Assembly: GCF_049969415.1 (NCBI RefSeq)
Contig: NZ_JBMFOX010000030.1
Location: 1-11,543, forward strand
Length of the DNA stretch: 11,543 nucleotides
Reading direction: 5' to 3'
Source of the DNA: Candidatus Hadarchaeum sp.
GTDB taxonomy: Archaea; Hadarchaeota; Hadarchaeia; Hadarchaeales; Hadarchaeaceae
Shown piece by piece: positions 1 to 8,010 of the stretch. How positions within the stretch are numbered: position 1 is the first letter of the stretch; every line of letters starts with the position of its first letter. Both the position numbers and the translations under genes were made by a program. Under the pieces are notes generated by a model that was given only the letters and a program-made list of their open reading frames with translations, did not search any database and was not told the DNA's origin.

Positions 1-2
1 GG

Positions 3-83
3 GGGAGGGTGAGGAAGAACAAGGGCGCAGCCTTCACCGACCGCCTGAAGCGTGTCCGCTCTGAACGCGGGATCCTCTTATAA
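3..83 (+). other. Possible 3' end of an upstream CDS (GRVRKNKGAAFTDRLKRVRSERGILL*), unidentified
   Basis: Frame is open from the window edge to TAA at 81-83. Too short to assign. Confidence 0.25.
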
Positions 84-213
84 CCACCGTTTTGGAGCTA
101 GCCATTTGATAAACGATGAGGTGCGCGTTACAGCTGGAATGGGCTAATGAAGCGATCCTCTAGTTGATCAACACGTAGCATCCCAGGCGGTTCAAACAGG
201 TGACCATTGTCCC

Positions 214-242
214 TTGACAGACGGGTTGTCTTGGACTATAAT
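214..242 (+). promoter_or_regulatory. Consensus sigma70/sigmaA promoter of the operon
   Basis: TTGACA at 214-219, 17-bp spacer (220-236), TATAAT at 237-242, directly upstream of the ATG at 252. Confidence 0.9.
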
Positions 243-244
243 TA

Positions 245-262
245 TGTAAAAATGAAATTACA
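245..262. promoter_or_regulatory. Candidate operator, inverted repeat TGTAA-N8-TTACA over the predicted transcription start and start codon
   Basis: TGTAA at 245-249 and TTACA at 258-262. A second inverted repeat, TGTC-N4-GACA (208-219), overlaps the -35 box. Function is inferred only. Confidence 0.35.
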
Positions 263-1061
263 GACGTCCACCAAGGAAAAACCAATAGACCCAGATAGGT
301 TGCTCAAAGCGGTTTTCATCGACAAGCACAGTTTCGTCCCTCTTTACCGTCAAATAGCTGATGCTATCCGCCTCGCCATCGTTAAGGGCTACTTAAAACC
401 AGGAGAGCTGCTGCCCTCCGAACAAGAGATAGCGGGGACATTGGGGGTAGCAAAGATGACGGTCCGGCAGGCGCTGTTGGAACTAAAACGGGAAGGATTG
501 GTTTACCGCCACCGTGGAGTTGGCACCTTCATTGCCTTCCCCAAGTTCGAACACCGCCTAGGCAGCTTAGTGAGCTTTACAGAAGACATCAGATCGCGTG
601 GTATGGTCCCCAGTTCCAGGATCCTGTTCTTCGGCCATGTCCCCAGCGACGAGATGGTCGCCGCTCGCTTCGGCATCGAAAAGGGTGAGCCCGTGCTAAG
701 AATCTACCGTGTGAGGTTTGCTAACAACCAACCCGTCGGAATACATGAGGCTTATCTTCCTGGAGATATCCCTATCTCTAAAAACGAGCTCGAGACGGAG
801 GAATCCCTTTATGCCCTCCTAGAGGATAAGGGATTTCAGCTTGTGGAAGCAGAGGAGAGTATCGAGGCTGTGCCAGCCGACCCCACGCAATCGGAGCTTT
901 TGGGCCTGAATGTCGGCGACCCCTTATTAAAGGTTGTCCGCACGGTGTTCACGACTGACCGAAGGCCGGTCGAGTACGTCATCGCCATTTACCGTTCAGA
1001 TCTATATAGGTATTCCACGCGACTCAGGCGGGAACCTTTCGGGCGAGGTGAGAAATGCTGA
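252..1061 (+). CDS. GntR family transcriptional regulator, HutC/UTRA subfamily
   Basis: N-terminal wHTH (PLYRQIADAIR...LPSEQEIAGTLGVAKMTVRQAL...RGVGTF) and C-terminal UTRA domain (SFTEDI, RVRFANNQP, SLYALLE, RPVEY...YRSDLY). Start moved from TTG 207 to ATG 252 because 207 lies upstream of the promoter. Confidence 0.95.
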   Translation: MKLQTSTKEKPIDPDRLLKAVFIDKHSFVPLYRQIADAIRLAIVKGYLKPGELLPSEQEIAGTLGVAKMTVRQALLELKREGLVYRHRGVGTFIAFPKFEHRLGSLVSFTEDIRSRGMVPSSRILFFGHVPSDEMVAARFGIEKGEPVLRIYRVRFANNQPVGIHEAYLPGDIPISKNELETEESLYALLEDKGFQLVEAEESIEAVPADPTQSELLGLNVGDPLLKVVRTVFTTDRRPVEYVIAIYRSDLYRYSTRLRREPFGRGEKC

Positions 1062-1768
1062 TCTCCGAGGAAAGGCCGGCTCTGCTCATTATCGATATGC
1101 AAAATGCCTTCCTACATGAGCAAGGTCACCTCGTAAAGCTGAGTGAAAATAACAAGCCGTATTTAGCGATCGTCCCCAATATAGCACGGCTTGCTGATGT
1201 GGCCCGCTCTCTAAAGATTCCAGTGATCTATTTGCGCCACGCTTACAGGCGTGGCTATATCGACGGGGGCATCTTGGTTCATGAGCTTTTCCCCTCGGAC
1301 AAGGAGGCGGGTGGTTGGCTGGATGGTACATGGGATACGGAGATCTTCGAGCCTCTGAAGCCCAAAGATTCGGACATCGTTATCAAGAAAAACAGATACA
1401 GTGGATTCTTTGGCACCGACCTCGACCAATTATTACGAAATTTGGGGTGTAACACTCTTATCATCACAGGGATCCACTCCAACGTCTGCTGTGACTCCAC
1501 TGCCCGGGATGCAGTCTTTCGGGATTATCGCGTGTACTTCGTGAGCGACGCCACAGCTGCCGCCGATGAATCCCTACACGCGGCGACCCTGCGCAATATA
1601 GAGCGCTACTTCGGGCGGGTAGTGACCACGGATGAGGTCATTGAACACCTGTTAAGGCTGAAAGGAGGTGAGAGGGGGGTAAGCAAAACAAGTCCCCAAA
1701 GAAAAAAGGAAGGTGGCGGGCAAGTAAAGAAGTTAAAGCATGAAAACGAAGAAAGGAGGTCATCATGA
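1055..1768 (+). CDS. Isochorismatase-family cysteine hydrolase (RutB/amidase-like)
   Basis: Asp-Lys-Cys triad motifs ALLIIDMQNAF, KKNRYSGF and TGIHSNVCCDSTARDA. RBS GAGGTGA upstream; overlaps the GntR stop. Confidence 0.92.
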   Translation: MLISEERPALLIIDMQNAFLHEQGHLVKLSENNKPYLAIVPNIARLADVARSLKIPVIYLRHAYRRGYIDGGILVHELFPSDKEAGGWLDGTWDTEIFEPLKPKDSDIVIKKNRYSGFFGTDLDQLLRNLGCNTLIITGIHSNVCCDSTARDAVFRDYRVYFVSDATAAADESLHAATLRNIERYFGRVVTTDEVIEHLLRLKGGERGVSKTSPQRKKEGGGQVKKLKHENEERRSS

Positions 1769-2790
1769 AAAGGTTCCTTGTGGTTTTTTGTGGGCTGCTT
1801 TTGTTCCTTTTCGTGTCTCTCGGAGCGGAGATTAAAGTAGCGTATATCACCTCAAGGGGCGGCCTTGGAGACCTCTCATGGAACGATATTGGGTTCGCAG
1901 GGGTTACGAAGGCAGCTCAAGACTTCGGCATTACGGTGCGCGTGGTCGAATCCCCGGACCCGGTGGGCATGGGTGAGAAGCTGCTGCGTGATGCTGCACG
2001 CGCTGGTTTTAACATTGTGATTACGATGGAGTACGCACATTTGACTGTCCTCCCTACGGTTGCAGCGGACTTTCCGAATACGTTATTCGTAATGCTAAAT
2101 TACGTCATTGAAGCTTCCAACGTCGCCTCGATCGTCTTCTACGAACATGAGGGTTCTTTCTTGGCCGGTGCCCTTGCAGCTATGGTGGTGGGAAATAACT
2201 CCATACCCGGCATCAGTGGGAAGAAGATTATCGGGGTGATAGGCGGCACAAAGTCGCTAGGCATTGACAAGTTCGTTGTCGGCTATAAAGAGGGAGCTCA
2301 ATACATAGATCCCGAGGTCCAGGTTCTCGTGGCTTACAGCGAGACTTTCTCTGATCCAGCGAAGGGACGCGAACTCGCACTGGCGATGTTCAACGCCGGT
2401 GCCGATGTGGTTTACCAGGTAGCTGGGGCTACGGGCATGGGTGTGATACAGGCAGCGAAGGAAACGGGCAAATATGCAATCGGTGTGGACACTGACCAGG
2501 ACTACATTGCTCCTGAGCATGTTTTGACCAGCGTCTTGAAGAGAGCCGATATCGCCTTGTATCTCGTCATCAAGGATTACGTTGAAGGTCGCCACCCTGG
2601 CGGCAAAGTGTACCACATGAACCTGAAGAATAATGGTGTTGGGCTATCTGAGATGAAATATACCCGCCATCTGATCCCAGCTGATTACATTACAAAGCTT
2701 GAAGAAATCAAGAAAAAGATCCTCACGGAGGAGATCAAGGTGACCGACGTCACCGGTCTTTCTAAACCATATTCGGAGATTGATCCCTGA
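1765..2790 (+). CDS. BMP family (PnrA/TmpC-like) ABC transporter substrate-binding protein, nucleoside type
   Basis: Signal peptide, GGLGDLSWND, EHEGSFLAGALAA, FSDPAKG, GADVVYQVAGATGMG, AIGVDTDQ, VLTSVLKR. Strong RBS AAAGGAGGT at 1752-1760; ATGA overlap with the upstream gene. Confidence 0.95.
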   Translation: MKRFLVVFCGLLLFLFVSLGAEIKVAYITSRGGLGDLSWNDIGFAGVTKAAQDFGITVRVVESPDPVGMGEKLLRDAARAGFNIVITMEYAHLTVLPTVAADFPNTLFVMLNYVIEASNVASIVFYEHEGSFLAGALAAMVVGNNSIPGISGKKIIGVIGGTKSLGIDKFVVGYKEGAQYIDPEVQVLVAYSETFSDPAKGRELALAMFNAGADVVYQVAGATGMGVIQAAKETGKYAIGVDTDQDYIAPEHVLTSVLKRADIALYLVIKDYVEGRHPGGKVYHMNLKNNGVGLSEMKYTRHLIPADYITKLEEIKKKILTEEIKVTDVTGLSKPYSEIDP

Positions 2791-2800
2791 AAAGTAGCCG

Positions 2801-2835
2801 AAGGGGGCGGGGGCTCTCGTGTCGCCGCCCCCTTT
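2801..2835 (+). terminator. Intercistronic GC-rich stem-loop after the binding-protein gene (partial terminator or mRNA stabiliser)
   Basis: AAGGGGGCGG (2801-2810) pairs with CCGCCCCCTT (2825-2834); only a short T run follows. Confidence 0.7.
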
Positions 2836-2855
2836 CAAAAACAAGTGATTTCGCT

Positions 2856-4394
2856 ATGCCGCTTCTAGAAGCCCGTGGTATAACGAAAATCTTTCCAAAC
2901 GTTGTGGCGAACGACCATGTCGATCTCGTGGTTGACGAAGGGGAGATATTGGGCCTGGTTGGGGAAAACGGCGCGGGGAAGACAACGTTGATGCGCATAA
3001 TCTACGGTCTTGAACGCCCCAACGCGGGTGAAATCTTCTGGAAAGGGAAAATGGTGTCCATCAACTCTCCCCAAGACGCCATGCAATTGGGCATCGGCAT
3101 GGTGCATCAGCACTTCCAGCTGTTCCCGTCCCTTTCCGTCACGGAGAATGTGGTACTGGGGAATGAGCCGAGGACGGGCCCTTTTCTGAATCGCCGGCAG
3201 GCCTATGAGAGAATAAAAGAATTGATCCAACGCTTCGGCTTCGCCCTCGATCTCAAAGCGCCGGTAAGGTCTCTCTCAGTAGGCCAGCAACAGAAGGTCG
3301 AGTTACTAAAGGCTTTGTACCGCCATGTCAAGTTACTCATCCTGGACGAGCCGACTGCCGTCTTGACGCCACAAGAGGTAGACTCATTAATGGAGCTCTT
3401 AAGACAATTGGCCGCGTCCGGCATCGCAATCATTCTAATTTCTCACAAGCTCCGAGAGGTTTTGGGTGTGGCTTCCCGGATCACGGTCATGCGAAATGGT
3501 CGCGTTGTCGCCAACATGCGGCCCACAGAAGTCACCGAAGACCAGCTAGCCAGCTTGATTGTAGGGATGGAGCTTCAGGGACTGGGGAAATCCTGGGGAG
3601 AGCGTCGGGAAAAGAGAAGGGAGCCAGTGCTCGTGGTACAAAATCTCTCCGTGCTCAACGACCGCGGCCGAATCGCCGTGGACAACATCACCTTTGAACT
3701 CTCAAGGGGCGAGATACTCGGGATAGCGGGGGTCGAAGGGAATGGGCAACAGGAGCTTGTGGAGGCCCTCATCGGAGTGCGGAGAGTGTTGAACGGCAAG
3801 ATATTCCTGAACGGAAAAGAGATAACCCGCGCTAAACCCGTCCACCGCCGTCGGCTTGGGCTGGCGGCAATCCCAGGGGACAGAGTGAAGGAGGGGACCG
3901 CAGCCACAGCCAGTGTGGCCGAAAATCTCATAACGACGACATATCGGCGATTTCCCTACAGTTTCATGGGGGTTTTTAGAGAAAGAAACATAAGGGAATT
4001 CGCCCGGATGACTCTCGAGAAATTTCGCATCATCGCTGAGCCCACTACGATCACTCGTACGCTCTCGGGAGGTAACTTACAACGCCTGGTGATCGCCCGC
4101 GAACTCTCCACGGACCCCTTGGTACTTATTGCCGTTCATCCCTCGCGCGGCCTGGACGTGCAGAGCATGGTGGAGGTTCATAGACACTTGATAAATTTGC
4201 GTAATCAGGGACGCGCGGTCCTGCTCATTTCGACAGACTTGGATGAATTATTGGCGCTCTCAGACCGCCTCTTAGTAATCTTCCGTGGCCGCATTGTGGG
4301 TGAGGTGTCGCCCCGTGCGACGACGCTCGCAGAGCTCGGCCTGCTCATGCTCGGAGGGACGATTGCGCAAGCGCATGAGGGTCTTTCTGGGTGA
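2856..4394 (+). CDS. ABC transporter ATP-binding protein with two NBDs (CUT2/NupA-YufO type)
   Basis: Walker A GENGAGKTT, Q-loop MVHQHF, LSVGQQQ, Walker B LLILDEPT, ISHKL. Second NBD has degenerate Walker A GVEGNGQQE and LSGGNLQ. Confidence 0.96.
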   Translation: MPLLEARGITKIFPNVVANDHVDLVVDEGEILGLVGENGAGKTTLMRIIYGLERPNAGEIFWKGKMVSINSPQDAMQLGIGMVHQHFQLFPSLSVTENVVLGNEPRTGPFLNRRQAYERIKELIQRFGFALDLKAPVRSLSVGQQQKVELLKALYRHVKLLILDEPTAVLTPQEVDSLMELLRQLAASGIAIILISHKLREVLGVASRITVMRNGRVVANMRPTEVTEDQLASLIVGMELQGLGKSWGERREKRREPVLVVQNLSVLNDRGRIAVDNITFELSRGEILGIAGVEGNGQQELVEALIGVRRVLNGKIFLNGKEITRAKPVHRRRLGLAAIPGDRVKEGTAATASVAENLITTTYRRFPYSFMGVFRERNIREFARMTLEKFRIIAEPTTITRTLSGGNLQRLVIARELSTDPLVLIAVHPSRGLDVQSMVEVHRHLINLRNQGRAVLLISTDLDELLALSDRLLVIFRGRIVGEVSPRATTLAELGLLMLGGTIAQAHEGLSG

Positions 4395-5424
4395 GATCGC
4401 CAGAATTGTTCTACTATTAGCCGTCTCCTTCTTTGTTACCGGCTTAATCATCATTTTTACAAAAGAGAACCCACTAAATGTTTTCCGAATCTTGGTGCGA
4501 GCCGCGGTGTGGAGTCGCCAAGGCCTTGCAGAGACGTTGTCTGCAGCTACGCCTTTGATCTTCACTGGGCTGGCGATTGCGGTCGCCTTCAAGGCCGGGC
4601 TCTTTAACGTGGGGGTAGAGGGAAGCCTATACTTAGGCGCTTTTAGCGCGGCGTGGGTTGGATTCACCCTGACACACCTACCAGGGTGGGTGTTGATTTC
4701 GCTGGCCCTCCTCGTTAGCGGGCTGATTGGCGGGCTTTGGGCTCTGGGCCCGGCGGTGGCCAAGGTATGTTATAACGTCGACGAGATCGTCACCACACTT
4801 ATGCTGAACTACGTTGCCATATTTTTCACTACCTACCTCGTCACTTATATCTACGGCGTTCCCGGCTTTGCCAACGCCATGTCTTTCCCCATTGTGCCCG
4901 CTGCCAGGCTTCCCCGGCTCTCTCCGCCATCACAACTGAACCTTGGTTTCGTCATTGCCATCCTCATCGCTCTCGTGCTCTGGTTTATCTTCCGGCGAAC
5001 TGCGTTCGGATACGAGATTCGTATGTTGGGGGCAAACCCATTGTTCGTAAAGTGGTGCGGGATGCCGGATACGAAAATCGTGATAAAGGCTATGTTCCTA
5101 AGCGGCTTCTTGGGGGGTGTAGCTGGAGCAATCCAGATCTTGGGGATTCACTACCGGTTCATCGCGAATTTCTCTCCTGGTTACGGGTATACCGGCATAG
5201 CCGTGGCCCTACTCGCTCGCAACAATCCCTTGGGCGTCCTCTTTAGCTCCTTCCTCTTGGGGGCCATCTACAACGGCGAGTCCATCGTCGAGCTCATGAC
5301 AAACATCCCCATGGAAATACCCCGGATCTTTGAGGGGATCATCATCGCTTTGACGTCGGCTGAGTTGGTGATGGGGTTCCACCTGAGGCGCCGAAGGGTT
5401 GGGAGACAGGGGGACAAAGGATGA
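4375..5424 (+). CDS. ABC transporter permease (BPD_transp_2, NupB/YufP type)
   Basis: TPLIFTGLAIAVAFKAGLFNVGVEG, EIVTTLMLNYVA, GYGYTGIAVALLARNNP and many TM helices. Start set to ATG 4375 because the longer GTG extension lies inside the ATPase gene. Confidence 0.93.
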   Translation: MRVFLGEIARIVLLLAVSFFVTGLIIIFTKENPLNVFRILVRAAVWSRQGLAETLSAATPLIFTGLAIAVAFKAGLFNVGVEGSLYLGAFSAAWVGFTLTHLPGWVLISLALLVSGLIGGLWALGPAVAKVCYNVDEIVTTLMLNYVAIFFTTYLVTYIYGVPGFANAMSFPIVPAARLPRLSPPSQLNLGFVIAILIALVLWFIFRRTAFGYEIRMLGANPLFVKWCGMPDTKIVIKAMFLSGFLGGVAGAIQILGIHYRFIANFSPGYGYTGIAVALLARNNPLGVLFSSFLLGAIYNGESIVELMTNIPMEIPRIFEGIIIALTSAELVMGFHLRRRRVGRQGDKG

Positions 5425-6317
5425 ATTTTGTGGACCTCGTTGGAGTAACTCTGAGACAGGCTGCTCCGTTGATGTTTGCTGCCTACGGGGGGCTGTTCAG
5501 CTACCACGTGGGGATCATCAACATTGCTTTGGAAGCAGAGATGCTCGCTGGGGCCTTTGCGGCGCTTGTGGTCACAGCCTGGACTGGGAATGTTGAACTG
5601 GGTCTTTTGGGGGCAATGTTCGCCGCGGGCCTCCTGGGATTGATCTTCAGCCTTCTCATCGAAAATCTGCAGGCCAATCTTGTAACGACCGCCTTGGGAC
5701 TAAATACACTGACGATTGCTTTTGCACGTCTTCTGATGTGGGTGGCCACTGGGAGCCGCGGAGCGTTCGTTCCCCAGGAGCTGGCCACCCTGCCAAGCTT
5801 GCGGATTCCCCTGCTGTCATCAGTACCAGTGCTACAAGCCTTTTCAGGTCACAGCATTCTCGTGTATGGGGCTTGGCTGGCTTGGGCTTTCACCTCACTT
5901 TTGCTCTACCACACCCCGTTGGGCCTGCGTATTCGCGCAGTGGGGGAAAACCCCGAGGCGGCACGGGCAGTAGGGCTCAAGATCAAGTCGGTGCGGATAA
6001 TGGCTCAGCTTCTCTGTGCGGTTCTATGTGGAGTGGGAGGAGCCCAGCTTTCCTTGGGCGATTTGCGGCTTTTCACATCTGGTATGACGGCGGGCAAAGG
6101 GTTCATTGCCCTCGCAGCTATTTACTTCGGACGCGGTAATCCTGCTTTCACGACCATTGCCTGTGTTCTCTTCGGTTTCTTTGACGGCCTTCAGTCCCGG
6201 CTCCAGCTGTGGACCGAAATCCCCCCACAGTTAGCACAGATGATCCCTTTCCTGAGCGTGGTGGTGACGCTTGTGCTCGTCTCTTGGAGAGAAGCGCATA
6301 GGAGAGTGAGAGCATGA
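5421..6317 (+). CDS. ABC transporter permease (BPD_transp_2, NupC/YufQ type)
   Basis: GIINIALEAEML, TPLGLRIRAVGENPEAA, AGKGFIALAAIYFG. ATGA overlaps at both ends. Confidence 0.94.
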   Translation: MNFVDLVGVTLRQAAPLMFAAYGGLFSYHVGIINIALEAEMLAGAFAALVVTAWTGNVELGLLGAMFAAGLLGLIFSLLIENLQANLVTTALGLNTLTIAFARLLMWVATGSRGAFVPQELATLPSLRIPLLSSVPVLQAFSGHSILVYGAWLAWAFTSLLLYHTPLGLRIRAVGENPEAARAVGLKIKSVRIMAQLLCAVLCGVGGAQLSLGDLRLFTSGMTAGKGFIALAAIYFGRGNPAFTTIACVLFGFFDGLQSRLQLWTEIPPQLAQMIPFLSVVVTLVLVSWREAHRRVRA

Positions 6318-7282
6318 GAGGCCAAGCCGTGCTCGTAAGCGGCTATGCAAGTCTCGACTCGTTCATCTTGGTCGACCATATCCGTGGCTTGGGCGAGACC
6401 TCCTCTGTACTTGCTTTCAAAGGGCTTGATCGACCTCTGCCCGGGGGCTGTGCCTGCAACATCGCCATGGCGTGTGCGCGCCTCGGGATCGGGAGTCTCC
6501 TCATCACGGCTTTGGGAGAAGACGTCGAGGGTATAACCTACAAGGAGCGCTTGGCATCCGCAGGTATCGATACGCGCTTCGTATGTTTGGTGAGAGGGGT
6601 AGCCTCTCCCAGGACAGTGCTGGTCAACGATCAAGATGGGGGCCATTTAACCTTCTATTATTCAGGTGCAAGCGATCACTTAATAGAGATGATGAAGGGA
6701 AACCTTGCCGAGCTTGAGGGACTCGACGTGCGTTACAGCGTCATCACTGTCGGGGACCCGGGGTTCACACGAGAGCTTGTTGTACTCCTTCACCGAAGGA
6801 GGGTGCCGATCCTTTGGGCCTTTAAGGCCGATATGCGTGCTTACCCTTACCATCTTCTTCAGCTCTTGTTGGAAGTTGCTGAATACTTAGTAGTAAATGA
6901 GGCGGAAGCTCGGCTGCTGTGCAAATTATTCGCCCTGGGCGACATAAGTGCACTTCTGGACTTTGGCCCCAAGGGTGTCGTGGTAACGAAGGGAAGCAGG
7001 GGGAGCGAAGTTATTACGGATGTTGGGAGGGAGACCATCCCTTCCGTCCAGCCTTGCCGGATGGTGGATCCCACAGGGGCGGGGGATGGGTTCGTGGCAG
7101 GGGTACTGTATGGCCTCTATCATGGTAAATCCCTCGCGGTGTCAGCGCGGGTCGGAGCTACGCTCGCCTCGTTTGTCCTTGAGGAATGGGGAGCTCAAAC
7201 AGCCTTACCTGGCCTTGCAGAGCTCAAAGCACGGTATTGTAAAAATTTTGGCTCATGGCCGGTGGAGGAGGGAGACCAATGA
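6314..7282 (+). CDS. PfkB/ribokinase family kinase (nucleoside or sugar kinase)
   Basis: PGGCACNIA (PfkB signature 1), NEAE (NxxE), VVVTKGSRG, VDPTGAGDGF (signature 2, catalytic Asp). Confidence 0.93.
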   Translation: MRGQAVLVSGYASLDSFILVDHIRGLGETSSVLAFKGLDRPLPGGCACNIAMACARLGIGSLLITALGEDVEGITYKERLASAGIDTRFVCLVRGVASPRTVLVNDQDGGHLTFYYSGASDHLIEMMKGNLAELEGLDVRYSVITVGDPGFTRELVVLLHRRRVPILWAFKADMRAYPYHLLQLLLEVAEYLVVNEAEARLLCKLFALGDISALLDFGPKGVVVTKGSRGSEVITDVGRETIPSVQPCRMVDPTGAGDGFVAGVLYGLYHGKSLAVSARVGATLASFVLEEWGAQTALPGLAELKARYCKNFGSWPVEEGDQ

Positions 7283-8010
7283 ACCAGCCTCGCACCTGGT
7301 ACTTGCATCAATCTGGGGCGCTCCCAGAGGTTGCCATTTTGGTAGGCGATTCGAAGAGGTTAGATCTATTCGCGGAGAAACTTAAACATTCGGACACAGA
7401 TAGAAGCCACCACGGCTTCGCTCTGTTGAAAGGCACGTATGAAGGCATCCCTCTCTCAGTAACGGCTTATGGCATAGGTGCTCCTGCCATCGCGGTCGCT
7501 ATCGAGGAGCTCGCCACGCTGGGGGCAAAAATCATTGTCAGGGCGGGGACGGTAATGGCGTTGTCCTGCCCGCTCGGGAGCTTGATATTGGCAGAGGGGG
7601 GTGTCAGGTTAGAAGGGACTTCTTCTTCCTATCTCCCGATCGAATTCCCAGCCATTCCCGACCCCGAGTTGTTTGAGGGCTTCGCAAGGGCCCTCTCCTC
7701 CTTGGGTGTACCTTATTACTTGGGGTTAGTCGCCAGCCTTGATGGCCTGTACCCTCGAAAGCTAAAAGAGGAAAAGATCGATGTGAAGCTGTTTCACAAG
7801 TTCGGAGTGGTAGGAATGGACATGGAGACAGCAGCGGCCTACGTGGTGAGCAAGTTCCTGGGATTAAAAGCGGTGAGCCTTTGCCTGGCCAGCGTGGAAT
7901 TCGGGAGCTTCAACACTCTGGCTGAGGGGGAGAGGCGGTCACTGGAGGAGCTACTGGTGGAAGCGACCCTCAAGGGAATCAAAAGCTATTTTGAGAGGGA
8001 AGGCTGGTGA
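7279..8010 (+). CDS. Nucleoside phosphorylase, NP-I (PNP_UDP_1, uridine phosphorylase-like), divergent
   Basis: LVGDSKR, GIGAPAIAVAIEEL, IVRAGT, RLEGTSSSYLP, GMDMETAA. ATG 7279 follows RBS GGAGGAGG and overlaps the pfkB stop (ATGA). Confidence 0.88.
   Translation: MNQPRTWYLHQSGALPEVAILVGDSKRLDLFAEKLKHSDTDRSHHGFALLKGTYEGIPLSVTAYGIGAPAIAVAIEELATLGAKIIVRAGTVMALSCPLGSLILAEGGVRLEGTSSSYLPIEFPAIPDPELFEGFARALSSLGVPYYLGLVASLDGLYPRKLKEEKIDVKLFHKFGVVGMDMETAAAYVVSKFLGLKAVSLCLASVEFGSFNTLAEGERRSLEELLVEATLKGIKSYFEREGW

Noticed and set aside
163-172. 10-bp palindrome GTTGATCAAC upstream of the promoter
   Set aside because: Short enough to arise by chance in 11.5 kb and not linked to any other motif.
207-251. 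TTG start giving a 284-aa GntR
   Set aside because: The extension spans the -35 and -10 boxes and has no RBS; ATG 252 fits better.
245-262. Resemblance to a TyrR box (TGTAAA-N6-TTTACA, one mismatch)
   Set aside because: Nothing indicates a TyrR-bearing host or aromatic amino acid function; kept only as a generic inverted repeat.
4285-4374. 30-aa N-terminal extension of permease 1
   Set aside because: Lies inside the ATPase gene and is not permease-like; ATG 4375 preferred.
7255-7278. Upstream ATG for the phosphorylase (MAGGGGRP)
   Set aside because: This stretch contains the SD for ATG 7279, which also gives the ATGA overlap.
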